From an uncultured Planctomycetota bacterium (GTDB lineage: Bacteria > Planctomycetota > PLA2 > JAEUHO01), in the NCBI GenBank assembly GCA_963752285.1, contig CAVVXN010000005.1, positions 1,888,001-1,952,000 on the forward strand: 64,000 nucleotides of DNA, given 5' to 3'. The translations under genes and the position numbers were made by a program. Below, in pieces: positions 50,965 through 61,116 of this stretch (position 1 is the first letter of the stretch; each line of letters starts with the position of its first letter). Under the pieces are notes generated by a model. It ran no database searches. It saw nothing but the letters and a program-made list of their open reading frames with translations, and was not told the DNA's origin.

Positions 50965-52098
50965 TCAGAACGGTACGGTGTCGGAGATGACCATCAGGAA
51001 GTTCGGGTGGTCGTGGAACGTGTCGATGTCGATCTCGACGTTGCCCGCCTTCTCGATCGCCTTCTTCACGGCGGCCATGTCGGTCAGCTCGATCTCGCCC
51101 GCGAGCTTCTGACGGACCAGGTCGACGCTCGCCTCGATCATCGCGATGTGCATCGAGGTCTTCCAGGTCGCGAAGCGCCCCTTCATGCCCGCGGCGTCGA
51201 CCTTCTCGGCGATCTTCTCGCGGATCTTCGCCATGTCGCCCGCGATGTCGTCGGTGATCGTGATGCCGAGCGCGCCGGGGTAGCCGTGCGTCGGGCTCGG
51301 GCAGCACTGCTCGACGAAGATCCCCCCGCCGTCGAGGGTCGCCCGGATCAACGGCTCCTGCATGGCGCAGTTCGTCGAGAAGAACGCGGTGTCCTTGCCG
51401 TACTGCGCGATCTTGCGCGGCACGTCCTCGAGGATGAACTTCTGCGAGCCCGCGATCCCCTGGTCGCCGGTCGGGTCGGGCGCGTTCGCGTCGACGAACG
51501 CGAGGCCGTCCTTCTTGCACTGCTCGCGCATGATGTCGCGGCGCTTCGCGAGGATCTCCATCGACATGTGCCGCGGGAACGTGTAGTGGACGAAGACCTT
51601 GGCCCCCATCTTCTTGGCCGAGTCGATGATCGAGACGCCGCGCTTGAGGTCGTCGGTCTGCATGACGAGGTCGGCGTACTCGGCGATCTGCTCGGGGTCC
51701 TCCTGCGGCGCGATCAGCACGAAGAGGAGGTCCTGGCGCTGACGGCGGGCCTTCTTGATCGCGGGCAGCGTTCCGGGTACGGCCTGCGCGACGACGATCG
51801 CCTTGACCTGCGGGTCCCGCGCCATCTCCATGAGCTGGGTGACCGTCGTCTCCTGCTCCGTCATGAAGTTGTCCGGGTACGTCTTGTGGATCACCTGCTC
51901 TCTGCCGTACCTCGCCTGGACGCGCTGGGCGCCGCGGTACTCGTCCTCGCCCTGCGAGACCGTACCGGTGAGGATCCCGATCTTGAACCCGAGCGGCTCG
52001 TGGCCCGGCTCGACGACGACGGCGGCGGACCTCCCGCCGCACGCGGCGAAGACGAGGGACACGGTGAGCAGGAGGGCGGACGGCGGGCGAAGGGACAT
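50965..52098 (-). CDS. DUF3798 family ABC substrate-binding lipoprotein
   Basis: Lipobox FAAC; KIGILTGTVSQGEDEY, TYPDNFM.EQET, HYTFPRHMS, EQCCPSPTHGYPGALG. Confidence 0.85.
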   Translation of the reverse strand: MSLRPPSALLLTVSLVFAACGGRSAAVVVEPGHEPLGFKIGILTGTVSQGEDEYRGAQRVQARYGREQVIHKTYPDNFMTEQETTVTQLMEMARDPQVKAIVVAQAVPGTLPAIKKARRQRQDLLFVLIAPQEDPEQIAEYADLVMQTDDLKRGVSIIDSAKKMGAKVFVHYTFPRHMSMEILAKRRDIMREQCKKDGLAFVDANAPDPTGDQGIAGSQKFILEDVPRKIAQYGKDTAFFSTNCAMQEPLIRATLDGGGIFVEQCCPSPTHGYPGALGITITDDIAGDMAKIREKIAEKVDAAGMKGRFATWKTSMHIAMIEASVDLVRQKLAGEIELTDMAAVKKAIEKAGNVEIDIDTFHDHPNFLMVISDTVPF

Positions 52099-52141
52099 CG
52101 CGGGCACCTCGGCGTGACGCCGCCCCGCGCGGCGATCCGGT

Positions 52142-53260
52142 TCAGTCTACAGGCCCACGCGCGGTCGGCCCGGATCGGGCGAGAGCCGGACGGCGCCCTT
52201 TCCAGGCGTGGAGCGCGAGCGTCACGCCGATGATCAGGTAGGTCGAGAACTCGCGGAGGTACTCCCCCACCTGCGCCGAGGCGAGGAGCTTCTGGCCCGC
52301 GAGCGAGACCACCACGATCAGCGTGTGGAAGAGCACCGTGCCGAGGACCGCGTGGCCGATCGTCGCGCGGGCCACGGTCGCGCCCCCCACCAGAAGGGCG
52401 GCGATGGCGTAGAAGCCCACCTGCTCGTGCGACGTGAACGTGTTCATGACCGTCATGTTCTGGAGGAAGAGGATCTGGCCGATCCCCGCGAGGACCATCG
52501 AGAACACCACCGCGAGGACGCGCCCGCGCCGGACGCCGATCCCGGCCACCTCGGCGACGTGCGGGTCCTGCCCGATCGCGCGGAGGTCCTGCCCGAGCTT
52601 GGTGCGGAAGAGGAGCCAGATCCCCACGCAGAGCAGAACCGAGCACCCCAGCGTCACGACGGGGAGCTCGCCCCAGAACCGGCCGTCGATCCGGAGCGGG
52701 ATCGACAGGACGCCGTCGACCGCGCGTTCGACCGTCGTGAGGTCGATCGTCACGCGGACGCCCATGCCCCCGCCCTCGGGCAGGAGGACGTCCCGGGCGT
52801 GGATCGGGAGCACCGGCCCCGCGAGGATCATGAACACGAACTGGTAGATGCCGGCCGCGAAGAAGCCGAGGATGATGCCCGTGATCATCTCGCGGCCCGG
52901 CGCGCGGTTGAAGAGGCGCCCGGTGGCCCACCCGAGGAGCGTCGCGATCGGGATCGAGACGATCGTCGCCACGACGATCCCGCCGACGCCGCCGATCTGC
53001 CCGTTCTGCACGACGAGGAGCCCGGCCTGGCCCGCCATGGCACCCAGCACGATCCCGAAGTTCAGGCCGAGCCCCGCGGCGATCGGAATCACGAGCGAGA
53101 GGACGAGGAAGAGGTTCCGCGCGACGCGGTCGAGAACGTCGCTCGTCACGCGCGGGAGGTCGAGGTGGGCCGTGGCGATGCCCGCCGCGCAGACCGCGAG
53201 CACGACGAGCGGCACGAGCTGGTGGCCCCCGAGGCGGAGGCGTCGCAGGTCGAGCCTCAC
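52142..53260 (-). CDS. ABC transporter permease (CUT2/BPD_transp_2 type)
   Basis: GLGLNFGIVLG, RTKLGQDLRAIGQD..AEVAGI, AIAALLVGGA. Confidence 0.88.
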   Translation of the reverse strand: MRLDLRRLRLGGHQLVPLVVLAVCAAGIATAHLDLPRVTSDVLDRVARNLFLVLSLVIPIAAGLGLNFGIVLGAMAGQAGLLVVQNGQIGGVGGIVVATIVSIPIATLLGWATGRLFNRAPGREMITGIILGFFAAGIYQFVFMILAGPVLPIHARDVLLPEGGGMGVRVTIDLTTVERAVDGVLSIPLRIDGRFWGELPVVTLGCSVLLCVGIWLLFRTKLGQDLRAIGQDPHVAEVAGIGVRRGRVLAVVFSMVLAGIGQILFLQNMTVMNTFTSHEQVGFYAIAALLVGGATVARATIGHAVLGTVLFHTLIVVVSLAGQKLLASAQVGEYLREFSTYLIIGVTLALHAWKGRRPALARSGPTARGPVD

Positions 53261-54459
53261 GACGACCTCCGCACGACGCGCGTCAACGCGTACAGGATCA
53301 CCCCGTTCTGGATCACGAGACGGGCGATCTCGGGCAGGTTCGCGAGGGCCCGCCTGTAGGGGCTGCTCTGGACGAGGTCGTTCACGACCGGGAGCGACGT
53401 CGTCAAGAGCGACTGGAAGAGGAAGGTCCCGACGATCGCGTGGAAGACCGTGGCGCGCCGGAGCGACGCGCCGCCGAGCAGGAGCGACGCGACGGCGGGG
53501 AAGGCCATCCAGAGGGGCGCCTTGTAGAGCTGGTAGAAGCCGTAGGACTGGGAGTAGACGAGGATCCCGACCGCGGCGAGCACCGTCGAGAGGACGATCG
53601 AGAGCACGCGCATCCGCGGCACCGAGACGCCGATCGAGGTCGCGTACCGCGGGTTGGAGCCGGCGACGGTCAACGCGGTCCCGAGGCGCGTGCGGAGGAA
53701 GACCGCGACGGCCGCACACGCGCCGAGCCAGTAGAGCAGGAGCCCGGTCGGTACGTAGAAGCCCGGCGGGCGCGTGAGCGCGCCCGGCGCCTCCTTGGCC
53801 GTCGCCCCCCACGAGCCGAAGTCGATCTCGCCGAACGAGTCGAGGATCCACTTGTAGTGGGCGTCGAGGACCAGCGTGTTCCTCACGCCGCTCCCGCCGA
53901 TGGGCCAGATCAGCTCGGGGCTGGTCACGGGCGCGACGAGCCAGACCACGCACATCCCGGCCACCGCGCCGAATCCCACGTAGATCCCGACCATCATCTC
54001 CTGTCCGCGCACGCGCTCGAGGAGCCAGCCGTAGCCGAGCCCGAGGAGCGCGCCGAGCGGGATCGCCACGAGGTGGGCCAGCGCGAACCCCGAGAGCCCG
54101 CGCGCATACGCCGAGAGTGACGACAGCGCGGCGATCCCGAACGGCGTCGTGGCCGTCAGCTCCATCACCGCGATCCCGCCGACGAGGCCGCAGACGATCC
54201 CCAGCGGGAGCCCGAAGTTCAGGCCGTTCCCCGCGCGGACGGGGAGCACGAGCGCCAGCACGAGCACGCCGTTCATGCCCGTCCGGACGAGGCAGTCGCC
54301 CAACAGCGTCCCGAGGTCGTTCGACGTGAAGGCCGCCGCGACGACCCAGATGACGGCGAGGAACAGGACGATGATCCACCGCGCGAGCCCGAACGCGCGC
54401 GTCCCGTCCGCCAGGCGCTCGAGGAACGCGCGCGGGGCGATGTCGGAGCCTCCCCTCAC
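53257..54459 (-). CDS. ABC transporter permease (CUT2/BPD_transp_2 type)
   Basis: GNGLNFGLPLG, RTRLG..AGSNPRYA..GV, FPAVASLLLGGA. Confidence 0.88.
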   Translation of the reverse strand: MRGGSDIAPRAFLERLADGTRAFGLARWIIVLFLAVIWVVAAAFTSNDLGTLLGDCLVRTGMNGVLVLALVLPVRAGNGLNFGLPLGIVCGLVGGIAVMELTATTPFGIAALSSLSAYARGLSGFALAHLVAIPLGALLGLGYGWLLERVRGQEMMVGIYVGFGAVAGMCVVWLVAPVTSPELIWPIGGSGVRNTLVLDAHYKWILDSFGEIDFGSWGATAKEAPGALTRPPGFYVPTGLLLYWLGACAAVAVFLRTRLGTALTVAGSNPRYATSIGVSVPRMRVLSIVLSTVLAAVGILVYSQSYGFYQLYKAPLWMAFPAVASLLLGGASLRRATVFHAIVGTFLFQSLLTTSLPVVNDLVQSSPYRRALANLPEIARLVIQNGVILYALTRVVRRSS

Positions 54460-56066
54460 GCGGCCTCCCCCGACATGAGGAGCCCGAAGCGCGCGTCCGG
54501 GGCGTCGGGCGGGAGGACCCCCGCGATCCTCCCTTCGCTCACGATCGCGATGCGGTGGCAGATCGACCTGAGCTCCGCCAGCTCGCTCGACGTCATGACG
54601 ATGGTCAGGCCCTCTTCGCGGTTCTGGCGCACGAGCCGGTCGAGCACGAGCGCTTTCGCGCCCACGTCGATGCCGCGCGTCGGCTCCGAGACGAGCAAAA
54701 TGCGCGGCGCGAGGGCCAATGCGCGTGCGAGGCACACCTTCTGCTGGTTCCCGCCCGAGAGACGCCGGACGGCCTGCGACGGACCCGTCGTGCGGATGTC
54801 GAGGTCCTCGATCCAGCGGCGCGCCGCGGCGCGCACGGCGCGGCGGTCCACCCACGCGAGCGGCCCGAGCCAGCGGGCCCGGAGGAACGCGTGCCGCACC
54901 TCGACCGAGGGGAGGGCGACGTTCACGTCGAGGGGCTCGTCGAGGAGGAGCCCGACGCCGCGACGGTCCTCGCTCACGAAGGCGAGGCCGAGCGCGTGCG
55001 CGGCGCGCGGGCTGCCGAGCGAGAGCGGCCGCCCCTCCACGACGACCTCCCCCGTCGCGGGAACGAGCCCCATCAGACCGTTCGCGACGCCGAGCTTCCC
55101 CTGGCCGGCGAGGCCGCCGATGCCGAGGATCTCGCCGTTCCGGACCTCGAGGTCCACGCCGCGCACGATCTCTCCGGGCATGTCCACGCGAAGCCCCCGC
55201 ACCGCGAGGGCCACGCCCGACGACGCCGCCGGCGGGGTCGGCGCCGAGCCCGCCTCGAGCGCGCGCCCCACCATCTTCGCGGCGATCTCCTCGATCGACG
55301 TCTCGTGTGTCGGCCCCACGAACACGCGTCGGCCGTCGCGGAGGATCGTCACGCGGTCGGCCACGGCCAGGACCTCGTGGAGGCGGTGGGTGATGAAGAG
55401 GATCGCGACGCCCTCCTTTGCGAGGCGACGCATCACGTCGAGGAGGCGCGAAGCCTCGTCCTCGGTCAGCACCGCGGTCGGCTCGTCGAACACGAGCACG
55501 CGCGTCCCTTCCTTGTCGATCTCCCGCGCGATCTCGACGAGCTGCTTGTGCCCGACGGGGAGCCCTCCCACGACGACGCCCGGCCCCACCTCGAGGCCCG
55601 CGCGCTCGAGACTCGCCTCCGTGTCGCGCGTCATGCGCGGCCGGTCGAGTAGCTGGAGGATCCGTCCCCACGTGGTGCCGACGACGGGCTCGCGGCCGAG
55701 CTTCACGTTCTCCGCCACCGTGAAGCCGGGGAGCAGCATGAACTCCTGGTGGACCATGCCGATCCCGAGCGCCATCGCCTCGCGGGGCGACCGCACCACG
55801 ACGGCCTCGCCCCCGATCTCGACGGTCCCCTCGAAGCCGCCCGTCGCGTGGACGACGGGCATGCCGAAGAGCACGTTCATGAGCGTGGACTTGCCCGCGC
55901 CGTTCTCGCCGACGAGCGCGTGGACCTCGCCGGGCCCGACCTCGAGGTCCACGCCGTCCAGCACGACGGTGCCGTGGTACGCCTTGCGGATCCCGCGCAG
56001 GGCGAGCGCGGGCGCCGAGGCCCGGGCGTCCGTTGCGGAAGCTGCTGCTGTCCGGTCCTCGCCCAT
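54456..56066 (-). CDS. Sugar-type ABC transporter ATP-binding protein (two ABC domains)
   Basis: GENGAGKST, GMVHQE, FDEPTA, EDRR, LSGGNQQK, EPTRGIDVGAK. Confidence 0.93.
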   Translation of the reverse strand: MGEDRTAAASATDARASAPALALRGIRKAYHGTVVLDGVDLEVGPGEVHALVGENGAGKSTLMNVLFGMPVVHATGGFEGTVEIGGEAVVVRSPREAMALGIGMVHQEFMLLPGFTVAENVKLGREPVVGTTWGRILQLLDRPRMTRDTEASLERAGLEVGPGVVVGGLPVGHKQLVEIAREIDKEGTRVLVFDEPTAVLTEDEASRLLDVMRRLAKEGVAILFITHRLHEVLAVADRVTILRDGRRVFVGPTHETSIEEIAAKMVGRALEAGSAPTPPAASSGVALAVRGLRVDMPGEIVRGVDLEVRNGEILGIGGLAGQGKLGVANGLMGLVPATGEVVVEGRPLSLGSPRAAHALGLAFVSEDRRGVGLLLDEPLDVNVALPSVEVRHAFLRARWLGPLAWVDRRAVRAAARRWIEDLDIRTTGPSQAVRRLSGGNQQKVCLARALALAPRILLVSEPTRGIDVGAKALVLDRLVRQNREEGLTIVMTSSELAELRSICHRIAIVSEGRIAGVLPPDAPDARFGLLMSGEAA

Positions 56067-56249
56067 CGCGGCGAAGGGTACCGCGCGCCCGCCCCGATCG
56101 GAGCACGGAACGGCTCCCACGAGGGAGCGCGGCGTAACGGGAGCAGGAGCGGGGAGCGCGCGGGTCCCCGCGGGCGACGGCGCCGGCGCTCTTGCCGATC
56201 CCGGAGTCTTGGCCCGCCGAGACGAGGGGCTACGACTCCGCCCATGGTC

Positions 56250-58028
56250 TCAGGCGTCGTCGAACGTCTCGCCCGGCTCGAGGCGTCGGACCGTGCCGTT
56301 CTCGACGACGAGGCGGAGGTCGCACGACGCGAGCGTCTCGATCCGGTGGGCGATCGTGAACGTCGTCCGTCCTCGCATCAGGCGGTCGAGCGCGGCCATC
56401 ACCTCGGCCTCGGTCTCGCGGTCGAGCGCGCTCGTGGGCTCGTCGAGGATCAGCACCGGTGCGTCGCGCAGGAACGCGCGGGCCAAGGCGATCCGCTGGC
56501 GCTCCCCGCCCGAGAGGCGCATGCCGCGTTGTCCCACCGGGGTCTCGTACCCCTTCGGCAGCGCGGACACGAACTCGTGCGCCGCCGCCGCCCGCGCGGC
56601 GGCCTCGATCTCGTCCGCCGAGGCGTCGGGTCGCCCGTAGGCGATGTTCTCGCGCACCGTGCCGGCGAAGAGGACGCTCTCCTGCAGCACGATCGAGAAC
56701 TGGCGCCTCAGGTCGCGGAGCTTCAGGTCGCGAAGGTCGACGCCGTCGAGGCGGATCGTCCCGGACGTGGGGTCGTGGAGCCGCGGCAGGAGCCCCAGGA
56801 GCGTGCTCTTCCCCGAACCGGTCCGTCCCGCGATGCCGACGCGCGCGCCCGCGGGCACCTGGAGCGAGAGGTGGCGCAGCACCTCGGCGCCGTCCTGGTA
56901 CCCGAACGACACGTCCTCGAACGTGAAGGCGCCCTCGGCCCGGTCGAGGGACCTCGCGCCCGGTCGCTCCACCGTCTCGGGCTCCTCGTCCAGGACCGCG
57001 AAGACGCGCGCCGCGCTCGCGAGCGATCGTTGAAGGGCCCCCATGCGCGTGCCGAGGTCGCGGAGGGGCGCGACGAGCTGCGACAGGTACGCGATCACCA
57101 ACAACAGCTCGCCGAGCGTGACGGCCCCGGCCTCCACGTGCCGCGCGCCGAGGTAGAGGACGGCGGCGCCGATGACTCCCGTGACGAGGCCGGCGATCAG
57201 GTCGAAGGTGCCGTGCGCGAGCACCGCGCCGAGCGCGGCGCGGAGGCCCGCCTCCGCGCGAACGTAGAAGCGGCCGCGCTCGCGATCCTCGGCACCGAAG
57301 GTCTTGACGACCCGGAGCGCGCCGAGGGCCTGCTCGGCCGCGGCGATCGCCGAGCTCTCCTCCTCGCGAACCGTCGCCCAGCGGCGGCGGAGCCCGCGCC
57401 TGAACAGCTCCGTCACGCCGAAGAGGACCGGACCTCCCAGCAGCGCCACCAGCGCGAGCACGAGGTCGAGGCGCGCCGTCGCGTAGATCAGCACCGCCAC
57501 CTTCGCGAGCGAGGTCGCGAACGGGATCCAGCCCTCGACCGCGACGGCCTGGATGGCGGGCGCGTCCTGCTGGAGGCGGTAGACCGCGTCCGCCACCCCC
57601 CGGCGGTCGTGGAAGGCGATGGAGAGACGCTGCAGGTGCTCGAGCAGTCGGCTCCGGAAGCCGAGGATCAGCTTCTGCCCGACGTACGTCTCGAGCGTCC
57701 AGGAGAGGAGCGACTGGACCTGGAGGAGGAGGGCGAGGACGACCGTCGCGACGGCGGACGCCACCAGGAGGGTGTTCGGGTCGGCGATCCAGGCGTCGGG
57801 GAGGAAGCGTTGCAGCCACGCCGGCACGGGCTCCCGGGCGAGCACGTGGTCCACGACGACCTTGACCGGGAGCGGCATGAGGAGCGCCAGGGGCGCGCCG
57901 AGGAGTCGCAGGAGGAAGGCGAGCGAGAGCCCCGGCAGGAACGGCCGCGCCTCGGCGAGGAGCCGGCGGGAGAGGACGAGGTCGCCGTACGTCCGCGGCG
58001 TGTCGGTCGGGGCCGGGGGCGCGGTCAT
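56250..58028 (-). CDS. ABC exporter, fused permease/ATPase (MsbA-like)
   Basis: TMD then GRTGSGKST, LSGGERQR, ILDEPTSALD, IAHR; GGAGG RBS. Confidence 0.92.
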   Translation of the reverse strand: MTAPPAPTDTPRTYGDLVLSRRLLAEARPFLPGLSLAFLLRLLGAPLALLMPLPVKVVVDHVLAREPVPAWLQRFLPDAWIADPNTLLVASAVATVVLALLLQVQSLLSWTLETYVGQKLILGFRSRLLEHLQRLSIAFHDRRGVADAVYRLQQDAPAIQAVAVEGWIPFATSLAKVAVLIYATARLDLVLALVALLGGPVLFGVTELFRRGLRRRWATVREEESSAIAAAEQALGALRVVKTFGAEDRERGRFYVRAEAGLRAALGAVLAHGTFDLIAGLVTGVIGAAVLYLGARHVEAGAVTLGELLLVIAYLSQLVAPLRDLGTRMGALQRSLASAARVFAVLDEEPETVERPGARSLDRAEGAFTFEDVSFGYQDGAEVLRHLSLQVPAGARVGIAGRTGSGKSTLLGLLPRLHDPTSGTIRLDGVDLRDLKLRDLRRQFSIVLQESVLFAGTVRENIAYGRPDASADEIEAAARAAAAHEFVSALPKGYETPVGQRGMRLSGGERQRIALARAFLRDAPVLILDEPTSALDRETEAEVMAALDRLMRGRTTFTIAHRIETLASCDLRLVVENGTVRRLEPGETFDDA

Positions 58029-58935
58029 CCACCCTCCTCCCGCCCTCTGTCGCGCGGGGGCCGCGGATTGTAGGGGGCGCCGGCCCGGCGCTCGCGCCGG
58101 GGTGGCCGGTCGCGCCATCCTGCGCCCGCGGGGACGACGCGGCTCGCGGCAAGGCGCCCCGCGCCAGGGGAACGCGATGGTGGAGCGCACGAGGGGACGG
58201 CGCCCCGGGGACGAAGCCATGGGCCTCCCTCGACGGAGCCCCGAACCGACCGCCTCCGGATTCCACGTGGAACGAAGCCCGGACGGCCTGGTCTCGGCGG
58301 ATGCCGCGACCGTCGAGGAGGTCTACGGACAAGGCGGTCGAACTGCGGTCGGTTCGGCAACGCCGTATGCTTCCAGCCGCGGCGGAACCCGAGGCGCCAT
58401 GGCGGAGAGTCCCATGCGCGTCGTCGGGGAAGATCGCTTTCGCCTGTGGCGGCGACCCGTAACAGAGTGAGCTGCGTGACCCCATTCCAAACCCTCTTGA
58501 TCACCGACCAGACCCTCTCCCCCTCTCCCGAGGGTTCGAGAGGAAGGCGTACGGTTGGTGAGTTGAATGGCTGGTCGCCAGCCGGAAAGCCCAAGAAGTC
58601 CACCGTCCGCCAGGCCCGCGGTTCTGGCCCTCGCGGGCGCCCGTCCGGACCGGTTCTCTCCGCGTGCTCTCGTGCCTCTCAGGGGCGCATGCGAAGAGGT
58701 GGCTCCACGGGGAACACACGCCCGCGAGCACGCTCTGCTCGCGAAAGGCGCTGGGGACGCGATCACGGAGCGAACCCGGCTGTGCGTCACGGACGTCGGC
58801 TCTCGCCGATGCCACCCCGATCTGCGCCGATCCCGAATCAGAACGCGCGAAGCAACGGATTCCGCGGCTCTGTGCGCACGGGTTCGGCGGCGAGGGCTGG
58901 AGAGCCGGCCGCACGCTCCCGTGCTACGCCACCGG

Positions 58936-59151
58936 TCACTCCTGGCCGTTGACCTCATCCGTCACGATGCCCTCATCGACGTACCGCACCGAGAGCTCCT
59001 CGAGGTGGTCCATGATCGACTCGAAGGTCATCCCGCCGCAATGGTACGTGCACACCGGGTCGGCCTCGAGGTGGATGCCCGCGATGTGGAGGCCGTACCC
59101 ACCGCCGTTGACGTCAACGTGCGCATGGTAGGCATCGACGAGCCGCGCCAC
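58936..59151 (-). other. Short ORF or gene remnant just downstream of tRNA-Phe
   Basis: 71-aa frame with strong GC3 bias (VARLVDAYHAHVD..CTYHCGG..); no recognisable family or RBS. Confidence 0.35.
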
Positions 59152-59234
59152 GTTGGGCCAGGCGTGTCCTGGCCCGGCGCCTCGGTGGAATGGCGAAAAA
59201 CACGCCAGCGGGTTCGAAGTCTGCGGGAAAGAGG

Positions 59235-59310
59235 TGGTGGTCAGGGCCGGAGTTGAACCGGCGACCCCAGCATTTTCAGTGCTGTGCTCTACCAGCTGAG
59301 CTACCTGACC
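59235..59310 (-). tRNA. tRNA-Phe (GAA)
   Basis: 76-nt cloverleaf GGTCAGG..CAGCA-CTGAAAA-TGCTG..GCCGG-TTCAACT-CCGGC-CCTGACC-A-CCA. Confidence 0.97.
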
Positions 59311-59441
59311 ACGCGGCGGCGGGGGGATTCGATACCACGAACGGGACCGGCCCTCGGAGGGTTTTCGCGCCCGCGGCGCGCCACGCGCGGTCGGTCGGCC
59401 GCGGAGGATCCCGGGGCAGGCGGCCCGGGCCGACGGGGCCA

Positions 59442-59496
59442 CGCCGAGGACCCGCCGAGGAACCGGCGAGGAACCGCGGAGCCTCCGCGGAGGGGC
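59442..59496. repeat. Degenerate 11-bp tandem repeat (5 units)
   Basis: CGCCGAGGACC CGCCGAGGAAC CGGCGAGGAAC CGCGGAGCCTC CGCGGAGGGGC. Confidence 0.5.
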
Positions 59497-59523
59497 CCTC
59501 CCGCGAGCCGACGAACCCGCGCG

Positions 59524-60462
59524 TCAGGGCCCGAGCGAGGCGACGTCCTCGCGGATCTGGCGGATCAGCGCCTCCTGGTCGGGGAACGTCCGTTCGTCGC
59601 GGAGCTTCCGGACCAGCTCCACCTCGATCCGCTCGCCGTAGAGGTCGGTCTCGAGACCCGGGACGTGCACCTCGAGCACCGTCGGGCGTGCGCCCCCCTG
59701 CGCCGCGAAGGTCGGGCGCACGCCGATGTTCGCGACCGCGGCGTACCGCTCGCCGCGCACGCGCGCGACCACCTGGTACACGCCGCGCGGCGGGAGGATC
59801 TCGCCCTCGGGATCGACGTTCGCCGTCGGGAAGCCGAGCGCGCGTCCCCGCCCGTCGCCCCGGACCACGCGTCCGTAGATCGCCGGGGCCCGGCCGAGCA
59901 TCTCGCTCGCGGCCCTGAGCTCGCCCGACTCGATCGCGTCGCGGATCCGGCTCGACGAGATCGGCTGGCCGTCCAGCGAGATCGGCGGCGCCTCCTCGAC
60001 AACGAAGCCGAGGGCCTCGCCGAGCGGCCAGAGCCTCTCGGCCGTGCCCGCTCCGTCGTGGCCGAACCGGCCGTTGTAGCCGAACAGCAGACCGACGACG
60101 CCCAGACGCTCGACGAGCACCTCGCTCGTGAAGCGCTCGTACGTCATCTGCCGCGTGTCGTCGTCGAACGGAAGGACGACGGTCTGATCGACGCCGAGTC
60201 GCTCGAGCAGCACGAGCCGGTGCTCGAGCGAGAGGATGCTCCTCGGTGCGACGCCCTCGATCACCGCGCGCGGATGGGTGTCGAACGTCACCACCACCGC
60301 CTCGCCGTGCAGGCGGTCGGCCATCGCCCTCAGGTGCTCGATCAGATGGCGGTGGCCGCGGTGCATCCCGTCGAACACGCCCACGGTCGCGACGGGGCGG
60401 GCGAAGGAACGCGGCGCGAGATCCTCGAGCCCGTAGCGCCGGCGCATGCGCCCCTCGTCCAT
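59524..60462 (-). CDS. ribF: Bifunctional riboflavin kinase/FAD synthetase
   Basis: GVFDGMHRGH, TFDTHP, ISSSRIR, GRALGFPTAN, NIGVRPTF. Confidence 0.95.
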   Translation of the reverse strand: MDEGRMRRRYGLEDLAPRSFARPVATVGVFDGMHRGHRHLIEHLRAMADRLHGEAVVVTFDTHPRAVIEGVAPRSILSLEHRLVLLERLGVDQTVVLPFDDDTRQMTYERFTSEVLVERLGVVGLLFGYNGRFGHDGAGTAERLWPLGEALGFVVEEAPPISLDGQPISSSRIRDAIESGELRAASEMLGRAPAIYGRVVRGDGRGRALGFPTANVDPEGEILPPRGVYQVVARVRGERYAAVANIGVRPTFAAQGGARPTVLEVHVPGLETDLYGERIEVELVRKLRDERTFPDQEALIRQIREDVASLGP

Positions 60463-60478
60463 CGACGCGCGCCCTCTT

Positions 60479-60991
60479 TCAGACCGACCGTGCCGTGTGG
60501 TGCTGGCGGAGCTGCTCGAGCTGCCCCTCGATCCGGGCGCGCGACTCCGGCACCATCCGGTCGATGAAGACCCGGCCGTCGAGGTGATCGAGCTCGTGCT
60601 GGAAGACCCGCGCCACGAACCCCGCGAGCTCGATGTCGCGCTCCCGGAACTCGAGGTCGCGGTACCGGACGTGCACCACCGTCGCGCGGGGCACGATGCC
60701 GTAGATCCCGGGAAAGGAGAGGCAGCCCTCCTCCCCGTGCTCCGAGCCCTCGGCGGCGACCACCTCGGGGTTCAGGACGACCTCCTCGTCGCCGGGCTCC
60801 CCGGAGGGGCAGACGAGCATCAGGCGCTTCGCCAACCCGACCTGGGGGGCGGCCAGACCGACGCCCCGCGACTCGAACATGACGCGCCGCATCTCGCCCA
60901 CGACCTGGCGGAGCTCGTCGTCGACGCCGGGCAGCGCTCGCGTCCCCGCGAGCAGGACCGGGTCGGGCCAGAGGACGATCTCGATAGGCAT
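60479..60991 (-). CDS. def: Peptide deformylase
   Basis: GVGLAAPQVG, EGCLS, QHELDHLDG. Confidence 0.96.
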   Translation of the reverse strand: MPIEIVLWPDPVLLAGTRALPGVDDELRQVVGEMRRVMFESRGVGLAAPQVGLAKRLMLVCPSGEPGDEEVVLNPEVVAAEGSEHGEEGCLSFPGIYGIVPRATVVHVRYRDLEFRERDIELAGFVARVFQHELDHLDGRVFIDRMVPESRARIEGQLEQLRQHHTARSV

Positions 60992-61116
60992 CGAACGGAT
61001 GGTAGCAGCCGCGCCGGGCGCCGGCCCGCGGGGGCCGTCGAGGCTGCGGGCGGCGGGGACGCGACGACCCACGCGGCCCGGGGGCTATCATGGCGCCCCA
61101 CCCGTCGGGAGCCAGC

